From Malacoraja senta (lineage: Eukaryota): a stretch of 64,000 bases of DNA. The position numbers and the translations under genes were made by a program. Under the pieces are notes generated by a model that saw nothing but the letters and a program-made list of their open reading frames with translations, did not search any database and was not told the origin of the DNA. Positions 1 through 12,652 of this stretch are shown in pieces (the stretch's first letter is position 1; the number at the start of each line of letters is the position of its first letter). The DNA lies in assembly GCA_038087875.1 (NCBI GenBank), contig CM075987.1, forward strand, positions 16,432,001 to 16,496,000, given 5' to 3'.

Positions 1-497
1 AACAGCTCTGCCCAAGACGGCAAGAAATTGCAGAGAGTTGTCGATGTTGCTATCACACAGACCAGACTCCCCACCATTGACTCCATCCACATTTCATGCT
101 GCCTCGGAAAAGTAGACATTATCAAGGACTTGTCCACCCTGGTCATTCCTTCTTCTTCCCGCATCCGTCGGGCAGAAGATACCGAAGCTCGAAAGGGCGC
201 ATTACCAGCGTCTGGAACATCTTCTTCCCCTCTAAACTGTCCTAGCATAAACTAGTGTACTGTCTGATTCACCTCTATCCCATTACAGACATTAGACTTT
301 GTCTATTGCATTGGTGCACCACAATGCTGAAAATTACACTCTACACATTGCATCTTCCCCTTTGCTCTACCTATTACATTTGAATTTTACTTGATTGTAT
401 ATACGTACAGTATTATCTGATCTGATCGGATAGCATGCAAAACAATGCTTTTCACTATACTTCAGTACACATGACACTAATACATCTAAATCTAAAC
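1..497 (+). mobile_element. Rex1-like LINE 3' fragment (degenerate)
   Basis: KKLQRVV...ITQT.LPTIDSI...IIKD motif and characteristic 3' UTR tail. Confidence 0.75.
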
Positions 498-1088
498 GTA
501 TGGTGTGCTCGTGTCGATATTGATCGAAGCTCCAATCTTCTAGCTGGGTTATAGATTAAAGGGGAGCGTTGGATATTGACAGAAGCTACCTTAGCACAAT
601 TGCGCCATTTAAGAAATACATTCCAACCATTATTCAACCACCACAGCTAACACAAATCTGAAGTGCAATTATGAAAGAACATAACATGAAGTGTTTTAGT
701 CAGAAAGAAGTCGATTCGATTTGGCCAATGCATAAGTTACATGAACATTTGCTGTACTTAAGGGAACCTGTTTTAGTTTTTGCCATGTGCCTGCAGAGTG
801 CAGTGGAATGTTCCTCTGGTGAGAATATGGAAAATAAACTAAAACCTGCAAAACACATTATGATCACACAGCTCAGAAATGTTCTGCTTTATATTCCATC
901 CGAACTGTGAAATCTCCCACTCCTATACATTAAATAAATGCAGCAGTTTGTAGCAAGTCCAGTTGTAACATTTTAACAGACTCCTATAAACTACAAAAGC
1001 TTTGTGTGTGTGAAAATTAACTAAAATTATTCTCCTCCATTAAGTACCATCCCCCCAGGAGGCAATTCCTAATATTCCCCCAATACAA

Positions 1089-1415
1089 AGGGCGCAGCAG
1101 TAGAGTTGCTGCCTTACAGTGCTTGCAGCGCCGGATACCCGAGTTTGATCCCGACTATGGTCCCGTGCTGTCTGTATGGAGTTTGTACGTTCTCCCCGTG
1201 ACTGCGTGGGTTTTCTCCGAGATCTTCGGTTTCCTCCCGCACTCCAAAGATGTACAGGTTTGTAGGTTAATTGGCTTGGGTTTGTATACTTGGTGTATGC
1301 GTAAATTGTCCCGCGTGTGTGTGTAGGATAGCGTTAGGGTGATCGCTGGTCGGCACGGACTTGGTGGGCTGAAGGGCCTGTTTCCGTGCTGTATCTCTAA
1401 ACTGAACTAAACTAA
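1089..1415 (+). mobile_element. HE1-like V-SINE
   Basis: tRNA-like head, V-domain GGAGTTTGTACGTTCTCCCCGTG...GGTTTCCTCCC, CR1-like tail with (TAAAC)n. Confidence 0.9.
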
Positions 1416-1594
1416 GCTCTCAAATCCCTTTAGAGGGAAGCATCACATGACAGGATCAACAAGCCTGTAAAGACAGAAGGATCTGCAGATGCTGGAATCG
1501 TGCATCAAACTCAACGTGCTGAAGTAACTCAGCGCGTCAGACAGCATCTCTGGAGAACATGTTAGGCAACGTTTCGGGTCGGGTCCCTTCCTCG

Positions 1595-2585
1595 TTTTAG
1601 TTTATTGCCACGTGTACTGAGGTACAGTGAAAAGCTTTTTTGCTGCGTACTATCTAGTCAGCGGGAAAACTATACATAATTACAATCAAGCCGTCCACAG
1701 TGCACAGAAGAGGATAAATGGAATAATGTTTAGTGCATGATGATGTCCAGTAAAGTCCAATTAGAGTCTTCAATGAGGTAGATGTTAGCTCAGGACCGAT
1801 CTCTAGTTGGTGATAGGATGGTTCAGCTGCTAGATAACAGATGGGAAGAAATTGTCTCTGAATCTGGAGGTATGCATTTTCACACTTCTGTACCTCTTGC
1901 CTGATGGGAGAGGAGGGAAGAGGGAGTGACCAGGGTGAGGCTGGTCTTTGATTATGCTGGTGGCCTTGCTGAGGCAGCGAGAATTGTAGATGGTGTCAAT
2001 GGAAGGGAGATTGGTTTGCGTGATGCTCTGGGCTCCGTCGACAATTCTCTGCAATTTCTTGCGGTCTTGCCTGGAACCGTTGGCAAACCATGCTTTGATG
2101 CAACCCGATAAAATGTGTTCTACGGCGCATCTGTAGAAGTCAGCGAGAGTTGTTGGGGACATGCCAAACTTCCTGAGCCTTCTGAGGAAGTAGAGGCATT
2201 GGTGTGGTTTCTTGACCATTGCTTCAATGTGGCTAGTCCAGGACAAGTTGCCTGTGATATATACTCCAGGAATTTGAAGCTATCACAACTTCAGTGCCGC
2301 CAATGTATGTGTATGGGTATGTGTACCGCTTTACTTCCTGAAAGTAGATCACTATCTCCTTTGTCTTGAGAGAAAGGTTGTTGGCATGAAACCAGTCTGC
2401 GAGGTTCTCAATCTCCTTCCTGTACTCTGTCTCATCATTATTTGATATCCAGCCTACTAAGATGGTGTCATCTGCCAACTGTAACTTGAGTTGGATTTGT
2501 ATTTGGCTGCAGAGTCATGGGTGTAAAAGGAGTAAAGAGGGGGGCTGAGAACATATCCTTGCAGTTCACCAGTGTAGAGGATTAT
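1595..2585 (-). mobile_element. Rex1-like LINE RT/3' fragment (degenerate)
   Basis: Fragments QG.VLSP.LYS, ADDT, LYFLRRLRKFGM, RDNFFP. Confidence 0.85.
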
Positions 2586-2894
2586 CGTAGACCCAGGGAA
2601 CTGCAGATACTGGAATCTTGTGTAGAACACCAAGTACAGGAATAACTTAGCTGGTCGGGCAACATCTCTGGAGGACATGGATAGGTGACCTTCTGGGTTG
2701 GGACCTTCTTCAGGCCATGAATCTTTCCTATCACTGCACACCTCAGGAGAGCATTGGCCGTGGTGACAGGCTTTCTATTTGAAGCACTGGGCCAATGTGG
2801 CAACAATCCTCTCACTGTGCACCATCGGCATGAATATTGACTTCTCTAACTTCAAGTAACCCTTGCCCTCCCTCTCTCCATCCCTCCCCCCTAT

Positions 2895-3385
2895 GCCCAG
2901 AAGGAAGGACATTCTTGCTATTGAGGAGTGCAGTGTAGGTTCACAAAGTTAATTCCCGGGATGGCGGGACTGTCATATGCTGAGAGAATGGAGCGGCTGG
3001 GCTTGTATACTCTGGAATTTAGAAGGATGAGAGGGGTTCTTATAAGATTATTAAGGGTTTGGACATGTTCCCGATGTTGGGGAAGTCCAGATCCAGGGGC
3101 CACAGTTTAAGAATAAGGGGTAAGCCATTTAGAAGGGAGATGAGGAAACACTTTTTCACACAGAGATTTGTGATTCTGTGGAATTCTCTGCCTCAGAGGG
3201 CAGTGGAGGCAGGTTCTCTGGATACTTTCAAGAGAGAGCTAGATAGGGCTCTTAAAGAGAGCGGAGTCAGGATATGGGGAGAAGACAGGAACAGGGTACT
3301 GATTGGGGATGATCAGCCATAATCACAATGAATGGCAGTGCTGACTCGAAGCGCCGAATGGCCTACTCCTGCACCTATTGTCCAT
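2895..3385 (+). mobile_element. CR1 LINE 3' fragment nested in a Penelope 3' region
   Basis: RFTKLIPGM.GLSY.ER, FFTQR...WNSLP. Confidence 0.9.
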
Positions 3386-3560
3386 TGTCTTCCCAGTTCT
3401 CTGACTGTCCCTTGTTACATTTTATCTCTGTTTGCTTTGTTGTTACCTTCTCCGAGCTAACAATGATCTATTCTACATTTTCCCTGATCTCCATCCCCTC
3501 TGTCTCAATTTCACTCCTTACACTTCCTTATCTCGGTATCTCCATCTCCCCTGATTCAGT

Positions 3561-3588
3561 CTGAAGAAGGGTCTCGACCCGAAACGTC
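3561..3588 (+). ncRNA. Minimal hammerhead-ribozyme motif in a Penelope pLTR (representative copy)
   Basis: CUGAAGA-A-GGGU(CUCG)ACCC-GAAA-CG-UC: conserved core, 4-bp stem II and palindromic ACGU in place of stem III; stem I is weak in this copy. Confidence 0.6.
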
Positions 3589-4677
3589 ACCCATCCCTTC
3601 TATCCAGAGATGCTGCCTGTCCCACTGAGTTACTCCAGCATTTTGTGTCTATCTTCGGTTTAAACCAACATCCACAGTTCCTTCCTGCAACGAGCAAGGA
3701 TGTGACTGATTGATTGAATTGATTGAAAGATACAGAATGGAAACAGGCACTTTGGCCCACTGAGTCCACGCCGACCATTGATCACTCGTTCACCAGCAGG
3801 GAAAGGTGGAACTCTGTTGCTCTTGAACATCCTGCAGGTGGGTAGTGGGGTGTGGAGGTTCGATTCACCCGAGTGTGATCACTGGTTCATGATCCCAGAC
3901 CTTCTGCAGCAAATTCATAAATGAATCAGAATGCTTATATATTATTCGATAAATAAATACTGCCTGAACCTCGTGCATGACTTTTCACAATCAAGGTGGA
4001 AAAGAGAAAAGCATGAATTTTGAAGGAGGAAGCTGCAGCTGATGTTAAATGAGCTGCACTGCAATATGTCTGGTTGTATCATCTTACACCGACTAACAGG
4101 AGGTGATCGTGTGTCAGGAGCAGGCTTGGTTTTCATGGGATGTGCCATGGTCAACACCCACATCAGGTGATGAATTAATATTTCAAGAGGGACTGACTTC
4201 ATTAACAAGTACTCATTGTTGACCCTTGCTTCTTCATGAAGCCGTTAGTTAGGCTGCAACAGTGTCGAAACACATCCTGGGGTCACTGCAAAGCCACCAG
4301 CTACCTGCATCAGAAGCCCACGTGCAGAGTGTAGTGCAGACTGAAGGGGTGCAGCTTTAGCCTGTGACATATTAACTAGAATTTATTTTAATAGTGACTT
4401 CTTCCGTCAATTATTCAGATTCTTGCGTTCAACTCTGGGCCGATACTGAACGTGACCTAACTGAACCACAGCTGGTTATTAAATGCTCGTGGAATTCAAC
4501 AGGAATAAGTGAATGTTATAAAAGACAATCATAGTTGATCAATACTAATACACCAGGGGTGTGAAGATGATCAAGAGGATATTATTACAACCACATTCCA
4601 TTTGAGCCATAACTCTTTTTAAATTGGGTATTTTTCATCATTCTTTGACAGGGATAAAGAGTGTGGTCATCTATTCA

Positions 4678-4833
4678 GGGTGGGGGGATGGGGGGGGGTA
4701 AAGGGAGGGAGGGATGGAGGGATGGATGGAGAGGCAGATGAAGGGAAGCATGGAAGGAGGGATAGGGGGCGGATGAGGGAGAGAGGGAGATATGGAAGGA
4801 GGGAGTGGGAGAGGGATGGATGAAGGAGGAATA
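4678..4833 (+). repeat. Purine-rich GGA/GGGA low-complexity tract
   Basis: Almost entirely G/A, with many G3+ runs. Confidence 0.9.
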
Positions 4834-5175
4834 GGTCACAAATAACATTACAATTCTCCTTGTAGCATCAGTAGCAAGCACAAGTATTTCATGAACAGTA
4901 TTAGTCTTTTACATCAGAAACCTAGTGCAATAATCAAAGCCATCATTTATTCTCCTGGCACTGTTGGCTTTTCAATATATTATCTCAGCTTCTTGTTTTG
5001 TAGACAATGTCCCAAGATAAGTTTCATGAGCTACTGAATGCTGGGCCCACACTGCATTGAAATATCTGCTCCCAAAGACAGCATTGATTCCCGTTCCACA
5101 TACGGCCAGGGACTGATGCCGCCACACTGCCGATAAATCACATCTAAAACATTGCAACACTTTCCTTTCATAGCA

Positions 5176-5950
5176 ACATAGAAACATAGAAAATAGGTGC
5201 AGGAGTAGGCCATTCGGCCCTTCGAGCCTGCACCGCCATTCAATATGATCATGGCTGATCATCCAACTCAGTATCCCGTACCTGCCTTCTCTCCATACCT
5301 CCTGATCCCTTTAGCCACAAGGGCCACATCTAACTCCCTCTTAAATATAGCCAATGAACTGGCCTCAACTGCCTTCTGTGGCAGAGAATTCCAGAGATTC
5401 ACCACTCTCTGTGTGAAAAATGATTTTCTGATCTCGGTCCTAAAAGACTTCCCCCTTATCCTTAAACAGTGACCCTTTGTTCTGGACTTCCCCAACATCG
5501 GGAACAATCTTCCTGCATCTAGCCTGTCCAACCCCTTAAGAATCTTGTACGTTTCTATAAGATCCCCTCTCAATCTTCTAAATTCTAGCGAGTACAAGCC
5601 GAGTCTATCCAGTCTTTCTTCATATGAAAGTCCTGCCATCCCAGGAATCAGTCTGGTGAACCTTCTCTGTACTCCCTCTATGGCAAGAATGTCTTTCCTC
5701 AGATTCGGTGACCAAAACTGTGCGCAATACTCCAGGTGTGGTCTCACCAAGACCCTGTACAACTGCGGTAGAACCTCCCTGCTCCTATACTCAAATCCTT
5801 TTGCTATGAATGCTAACATACCATTCGCTTTCTTCACTGCCTGCTGCACCTGCATGCCTACTTTCAATGACTGGTGTACCATGACACCCAGGTCTCGCTG
5901 CATCTCCCCTTTTCCTAATCGGCCACCATTCAGATAATAATCGGCCACCA
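5176..5950 (-). mobile_element. CR1 LINE 3' fragment with an open 227-aa ORF2 C-terminus
   Basis: RDLGVMV, LVRPHLEYCAQFWSP, FFTQRVVNLWNSLP; (CATAGAAA)n tail on +. Confidence 0.95.
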
Positions 5951-6169
5951 ATTGCAGGAGGGGAAGTCTGAGGGGAATATGGACGTTTGCACTGCTTCAG
6001 GGCTCTTGTTTGTAGAACAGGGAAAGCTCATGTCAATATAGTGAAAATGTAGACTTAAAATGACTTGTTGTTAAGAGTATCCTACACTAGTGGTGCGATA
6101 AATGCAATGAAGTAGAGGAAATGTTGTAAATCAACCCCCTCATTCTCATCCCTGCAGACAGTACGATTT

Positions 6170-6492
6170 ACACTGTTTGATTGAAAGATTCGGCATGGAA
6201 ATAGACCCTTCGGCCCCCCGAGACCACCAAGTGATCACCCGTTCACACTGTTCTGTTATTCCATCTTTGGATTCCCTCCCTACACACTAGGGGCAATTTA
6301 CAGAGGCCAATTAACCTGCAGCCCCGCATGTCTTTGGGATGTGGGAGGAAACCAGATCACCCGGAGGAAACCCACGCGGTCACAGGGAGAACGTGCAAAT
6401 TCCACACAAAGAACGCCAGAGGTCAGGATCAAACCCAGGTGTCCCAGCGCTGTGAGGCAGCAACTCCACCAGCTACACAACTATGCCGCCAC
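6170..6492 (-). mobile_element. HE1-like V-SINE
   Basis: Reverse-complement V-domain gggaggaaacc...gggagaacgtgcaaa. Confidence 0.85.
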
Positions 6493-7659
6493 ATTCAGGA
6501 TATGGGCCGCTGGAATTAACTAAAGATACACGCCGGATATTTTAGAACCTGTCTTTTATTCCTTGTTTGCGGACTGATTTACTTATGATTCCATTCCAGA
6601 TTTCTGATGTCCTGCTGTTTATTCTTCACCACCCCTACCCATTTATTTTTTTTAGTTTGATCCAATTATCCCAGCAAGCTCTGAACATAAATCAGAAAAT
6701 GCTCCAAATTGATTGCAATTCATAAAACCAGCCGTTGCTGAGGCACCATTGATCTGGCAGTAGGGAAAGCCAGCACTTTCTCTTGGACAAATAATAGTCT
6801 GAAATTCTATTTAGCTTCACATCTGACAAAGGTGATCGATAACAATATCACCCAGTGCTTTTGGAGGTCAACATAATAATAGCAGAAACCAAGCCTCAGA
6901 GATCAGTGATATAGTTCCTGCATTTCAGCAAATCCCTTTGTAAAATTCCAACCTACTGAAGCTCCCAGTATTCTCATAAGGAATTTATAATCTTGGGTTT
7001 AATGACCTCACTACCTTCAGTAGTTAATCGATTGAGGAGATTTGGTATGCCTTACCACTGAGTTTCTCCAGCACATTGTGCTTTGCTCAAGATTCCAGCA
7101 TATGCAGGTACCACTGTAATGTTTAAGAAACATTTGGACAGGGACATTTGGACAGGTACAGATATGTTCAGAGGGATATGGGCCAAACACAGGCAGATGG
7201 GACTAGTGTAGATGAGATGTTGGTCAGTATGGGCAAGTTTGGCCAAAGGGCCTGTTTCCAAACTGTTTGACTTTATGTTCCTCGTGTCTCCATTCTCCAG
7301 CATGTTGCCTGGGATGGAACATTTCAGTTATGAGGAGAATCTGGATAGACTAGATTTATTTTTTTCTTGGAGCAGAGAGGTTTGAGGGATATCTGACAGA
7401 TGTATACAAAATTAGGAGAGGCACAGATTGTAGCAAAACTATTCCCCATTGCAATCTAAAGTTAGAGGGCAGGGGGTTAAGGTGATATGTAACGTGGATG
7501 ACTTGCTCTGGAATGCAAGAGGGCTGATGTGATTATGTGAAGGCCTGATCTGTGAAGAAGTATATAAAATGATGAGTGGTATAGATAAGGTAGACAGTCA
7601 GAGCCTTTTTACCAGGGTGAAAATGCCAAACTCTAGAGGGCTTGACTTTAAGGGAAGAA

Positions 7660-7828
7660 GGTAAACAAAAATGCTGGCGAAACTCAGCAGGTGAGGCAGT
7701 CTGAAGAAGGGTCTCGACCCGAAGTCACTTATTCCTTTGCCCCATAGATGCTGCCTCACCCGCTGAGTTTCTCCAGCATTTTTGTCCACCTTCGATTTTT
7801 CCAGCATCTGCAGTTCTTTCTTAAACAT
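7660..7828. repeat. Inverted Penelope pLTR pair
   Basis: aaaatgctggcgaaactcagc..gtgaggcag / ctgcctcacccgctgagtttctccagcatttt flanking CTGAAGAAGGGTCTCGACCCGAA. Confidence 0.8.
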
Positions 7829-8599
7829 TAAGGGAAGAGGGGGAAAGTTTAAAGAAGATGTGTGGAGCAACTTTTTTTACGGGTAGTGGTGGGAAGCTGG
7901 AACTGCCTGGGGCAGTGGGGGAGGGAGATAGTGGCATTTAAGAGGCTTTTAGATTAGGACGTCAATATGCAGGGATTGAGGGTTTTGGGTCATGTGCAGG
8001 TAGATGAGATTAGTTTATCTTGGCATTATGGTCGACACAGCCATTATGGGCCAAAGGGCCTGTTCCTGTGCTGTAAAACTCAAGTACAATAAATTGAATA
8101 AAGGGGAAGATACAGAATAGAGTTCTCAGCATTGTAGCGCATGAGTTCCATAGACAACGTCTAATGTCCACAATGGGCCAGAGGTGAATTGGACTGTACC
8201 TTAACTTATGGATGGACCATACAGAGGCCCCATAACAGAGAGGAAGAAGTTGTTCCTGAGTCTGGTGGTGCACACTTTCAAGCTTCTGTACCTTCTAACA
8301 GACGGGAGCAGGAAGGAGAAATGACCGGGGTGAGATTTGATTATGTTGCTTGTTTCGCTGAGGAGGTATGAAGATGGAGTAAATGGTGGGAAGACTGGTG
8401 CGTGTGTGTTTCATTGAAAGATGGAACAATCTTCAATTTCAGTGCTTCTCTGTCTTTCTTGGTCATCAGTGACCAATGGTAACAATAGGCTGGGTAACCT
8501 ATCTCCCATCCCAAAAATTAACCACCCACATTAAATAGAACTTGTGTTACTATTCCTCCCTCTCCCCAGAGTCAGTTATGCTCTTCATTCATGCCCATC

Positions 8600-11500
8600 C
8601 TACAATTGTGGCATCAGCATAGAACAGTGTAGCACAGGAACAGGCCCTTCGGCTCGTATCTGTTGAATATAATGCCATGATAAACTAACCTCAACTGCCT
8701 GCACCCAATCCATATCCCTCCATTCCCTGCATATCCACGTGCCTATCTAAAAGTCTCTTAAATGCCACTATCATATCTGCCTCCAGCAACACCCCTGGCA
8801 GCGTGTTCCAGGCACCCACCAAGATGGAGACCTGATAAGTATGTAACATTACAAGAGGCATTGATAGGGTAGACAGGGTGGAAATATCCAAGAGTAGAGG
8901 CCATAGCTATAAGGCAAGAGTGAGAAAGTTTGGCAGAGATGTGGAGGGAAAGTGTTTTATTTTTACACAGGGATTGGTTGGGGTCTGGAACGCATTGTCG
9001 GGGGTGGTGGTGGAGGCAACTGCGTTAGTTGCATTTAGAACACTTTCAGATAGGCACAGGGAATTGCAAGGAATCGAGGGTTTGGGATCATGTACAGACA
9101 GATGAGATCAGTTTAACTTGGCATCATGTTCGGCGCAAATATTGTGGGCCGAAGGGACCGTTCCTGTGCTGTACTGTTCTGTGTGTTGGAAAGAAGTGCA
9201 GATGCTGGATTAAATCGAAGGTAGACACAAAATGCTGGAGTAACTCAGCGGGACAGGCAGCATCACTGGAGAGAAGGAATGGGTGACATAGAAACATAGA
9301 AAATAGGTGCAGAAGTAGGCCATTCGGCCCTTCAAGCCAGCACCGCTATTCAATATGATCATGGCTGATCATCCAAAATCAGTACCCTGTTCCTGCTTTT
9401 TCCCCATATCCCTTGATTGTGTTAGCCCCAAGAGCTAAATCTAACTCTCTCTTGAAAACATCCAGTGAATTGGCCTCCACTGCCTTGTGGCAGAGAATTC
9501 CAGATTCACAACTCTCTGGGTGAAAAGGTTTTTCCTCATCGCAGTCTTACATGGCCTCCCCCTTATTTTTAAACTGTGACTCCTGGTTCTGGACACTCCC
9601 AACATGGGGAACATTTTTCCTGCATCTAGCCTGTCCAATCTCTTAAGAATGTTATATGTTTCTATGAGATCCTCTCTCATCCTTCTAAACTCCAGTGAAT
9701 GCAAGCCCAGTCGACCCATTCTTTCATCACATGTCAGTCCTGCCATCCCTGGAATTAACCTGGTGAACTTACGCTGCACTCCCTCAAAAGCAAGAAAGTC
9801 CTTCCTCAAATTAGGAGACCAAAATTGCACACAATACTCCAGGTAAGGGTACTCTAAGGATTAGTAAGGGTATTAAAGGTTATGGAGAGAAGGCAGGAGA
9901 ATGGGGGTTGGGTGGGAAAATAGATCAGCCTTGATTAAATGGCAGAGGGCCAAATGGCTGTCTTGATGGGCTGAATGGCCTAATTCTTCTCATCCTAACT
10001 GCTATCTACCTCGTTGGAGACCCTCGCACAATCTTTGAATGGACTTTACCTTTCGTTTCAGGTCGAGACCCCAGTCTGAAGAAGGGTCTGGACCCGAAAC
10101 GTCACCCATTCCTTCTCTCCAGAGATTCTGCCTGTCCCGCTGAGTTACTCCAGCATTTTGTGTCTACCTGTACTGTTCTATGTTCTGACTTGTAACAATC
10201 GAAGTTTGTCCAGCCTCTCCTTGCAGCTAATATTCCCTAATCCAGGCAGCATTATGGTAAACCTCTTCTGCACCCTCTCCACCACATCCTTCCTGTAAAG
10301 GGGTGGCCAGAACTGCATGCAATACTCCAAATGCAGTTTAACCAAAGTCTTAGAGCTGCACCATGACTACCTGACTCTTAATACTCCAAGCCCCAACCAA
10401 AAAATGCAAGCATACCATTCATTATCTTTACCACTCTCTATTTTTGTGGCCACTTTAAGGAAGCTGTGGGCTTGGGCCCCAAGATACGATACTGGATGCA
10501 TACATATCCACTCCCAAGCGGTTATCTCTTATCTCACTTATTAAATGCTTTTGTGGTTTGGGAAAGTGGCCTGGTCCATCAAGGAAGTAAATTATGCGTT
10601 CATCCGCAATCTCCACTTGTACATGAAGTGGCACTTCCAAAATGGCTGCCAGGTCTGAATAGATTTAATTAGGAAACCCTTGTCTGAAAGGTATTAGAAC
10701 ATAGAGCACAGGAACTTGCCCTTCGGCCCACAATGTTAGCACTTAACAAATGCCAAATTAAACTGAACTCATCTGTGTCTACATGCTCCATCTCTCTCCA
10801 TTCCTTGAACTTCCATGTGCCTGTCTAAAAGCCTCTCAAACGCCATTATCGTATCTGCCTCTACCACCACTCCTGGCAATGAGTTCCAGGCCCCAATTAC
10901 TCTCTGTGTAAATAAACCTGCCCCACACATCTCCATTAAACTTTCCTCCTCTCACCTTATAGCTATGCCCTCTAGTGTTGGGGAAAAGGTTCTGTCTTCT
11001 CAATCTATGCCCTTCATAATACATAGATACATAGAAAATAGGTGCAGGAGTAGGCCATTCGGCCCTTCGAGCCTGCACCGCCATTCAATATGATCATGGC
11101 TGATCATCCAACTCAGTATCCCATACCTGCCTTCTCTCCATACCCCCTGATCCCTTTAGCCACAAGGGCCACATCTAACTTCCTCCTGGCCCCGACCTCG
11201 GGTGGACTAGGAGGAGGAGGACTGGACATTTTAGTGCCTTCCCTCACAGTGGAGAGTGGAGATTCTACTGTGGGGGGATGTTCGTGTTGAATTGCTTATA
11301 GTGTGTTGTGTCATTTTTTTTCTACCTCTTTTTATTATTTGTATAGATAGTCTTCCCTGTAAAGCACTTTGGCTTTTGATTGAAATCGACTGAAAAGTGC
11401 TATATAAATAAACTTACTACTTACTCTTAAATATAGCCAATGAACTGGCCTCAACTACCCTCTGTGGCAGAGAGTTCCAGAGATTCACCACTCTCTGTGT

Positions 11501-11760
11501 GAAAAAGTTTTTTCTCATCTCGGTCTTAAAGGATTTCCCCCTTATCCTTAAGCTGTGACCCCTTGTCCTGGACTTCCCCAACATCGGGAACAATCTTCCT
11601 GCATCTAGCCTGTCCAACCCCATAACCCCATAAGTGTTTTACACTTCCATCAAGTCTCCCCTCATCCTTCAACGTTCCAGATAAAAATAAACAATCCAAG
11701 TCTTTCCAACCTCTCCTTGTAGCCAAAACCCTCTGGGACCTCAACGGTGGCTAGAGAAGA
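8600..11760. mobile_element. Nested cluster of CR1 fragments (e.g. 9288-9843 -, 11020-11620 -), a split Penelope pLTR pair and an L2-like tail (~11185-11420)
   Basis: Several CR1 ORF2 C-terminal translations and tails; a unique island lies at ~10480-10690. Confidence 0.8.
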
Positions 11761-12652
11761 ATCAAAGATCCTCGTCAAGGCCCCCTGCAATCTCCTCTTT
11801 GCTCCCTCGATAACCTGGAATAGATCCCATCAGGCTCTGGCAACCGGTATTAGTTTGAGCATTTAAAATCTGAATATTACCAAGATCGGGATCCCACAAT
11901 AACTGAAGTCACATGAAAAAAAGTGTCCCAATTTCAATATCTGTACTGCAGGTTCACAAGCTGGATGGAAAACCATACAAGATTTCTAATGTTGATACCA
12001 ATGTGCTAATTGGCACGAGCAAGAATCCTATGCATTTAGATATTAATTGACTCAGGACATCACTACTATTTTCCCACTAATTGCCTTTGAAGTGCAGTCA
12101 GTTTATTTTGTAGGCAACCAAGAGTCAGTCATTGCACAGAATGTGTATGCAGGCATGAGTTGTTTAATCTGGTGATTAAGAGATGGATGTTATCTAAGGC
12201 AACGATTACATTACCCAGCGCATCGAATCACACCACTGGTTGACTTTTGCATCTTATCTGATAGGCAACATCTCAAACAATGTAAAAAGGTTTCTGAAAA
12301 GTCAAACTAGATGACATGTCCAGAATCTGATGAGGAATTATTGACCCTGTTTCTCTCTCCAAAGATGCTATCTAATCTACTGAGTATTCCTGGCATTTCC
12401 CGTTTTCAGCGTTTCCTGTTTTTACATTTGCATGGAAGCATATCACCCTCAATCTCGAGAGACCACCCTCTCCAAGCCCTCTGCATCTTTCTTGGAATGG
12501 GACAACCAAACCAACAAAATCGGAACTGTCTTCATTTGATGGATAGACACAACGTGCTGGAGTGACTCAGCGGGTCAGGCACCAACCATCTCTGGAGACA
12601 AAGGATGGGTGATATTTCGGGTCAGGACCTTTCTTCAGATTCTGGGTCTGAA

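Larger units (their letters stand above)
2597..3686 (+). mobile_element. Penelope-like 3' remnant with an upstream inverted pLTR, interrupted by CR1 (2895-3385)
   Basis: GMNIDFSNFK* at ~2827-2860; pLTR with hammerhead motif at 3561; inverted pLTR at 2597-2712. Confidence 0.8.

Noticed and set aside
544..650. Possible plus-strand terminal exon (IKGERWILTEATLAQLRHLRNTFQPLFNHHS*)
   Set aside because: Poor acceptor, no recognisable homology and no linked exons.
1089..1160. tRNA-like A/B boxes in SINE heads
   Set aside because: These are SINE promoters; no full cloverleaf, so not tRNA genes.
3942..4350. Short ORFs and an AG...GT segment in unique sequence
   Set aside because: No recognisable protein or consistent exon chain.
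11881..11960. Exon-like segment (tccatccag|...|gtaata) on the minus strand
   Set aside because: 80 nt; its only open frame ends in phase 0, incompatible with the 10538-10654 segment. It could only be non-coding.
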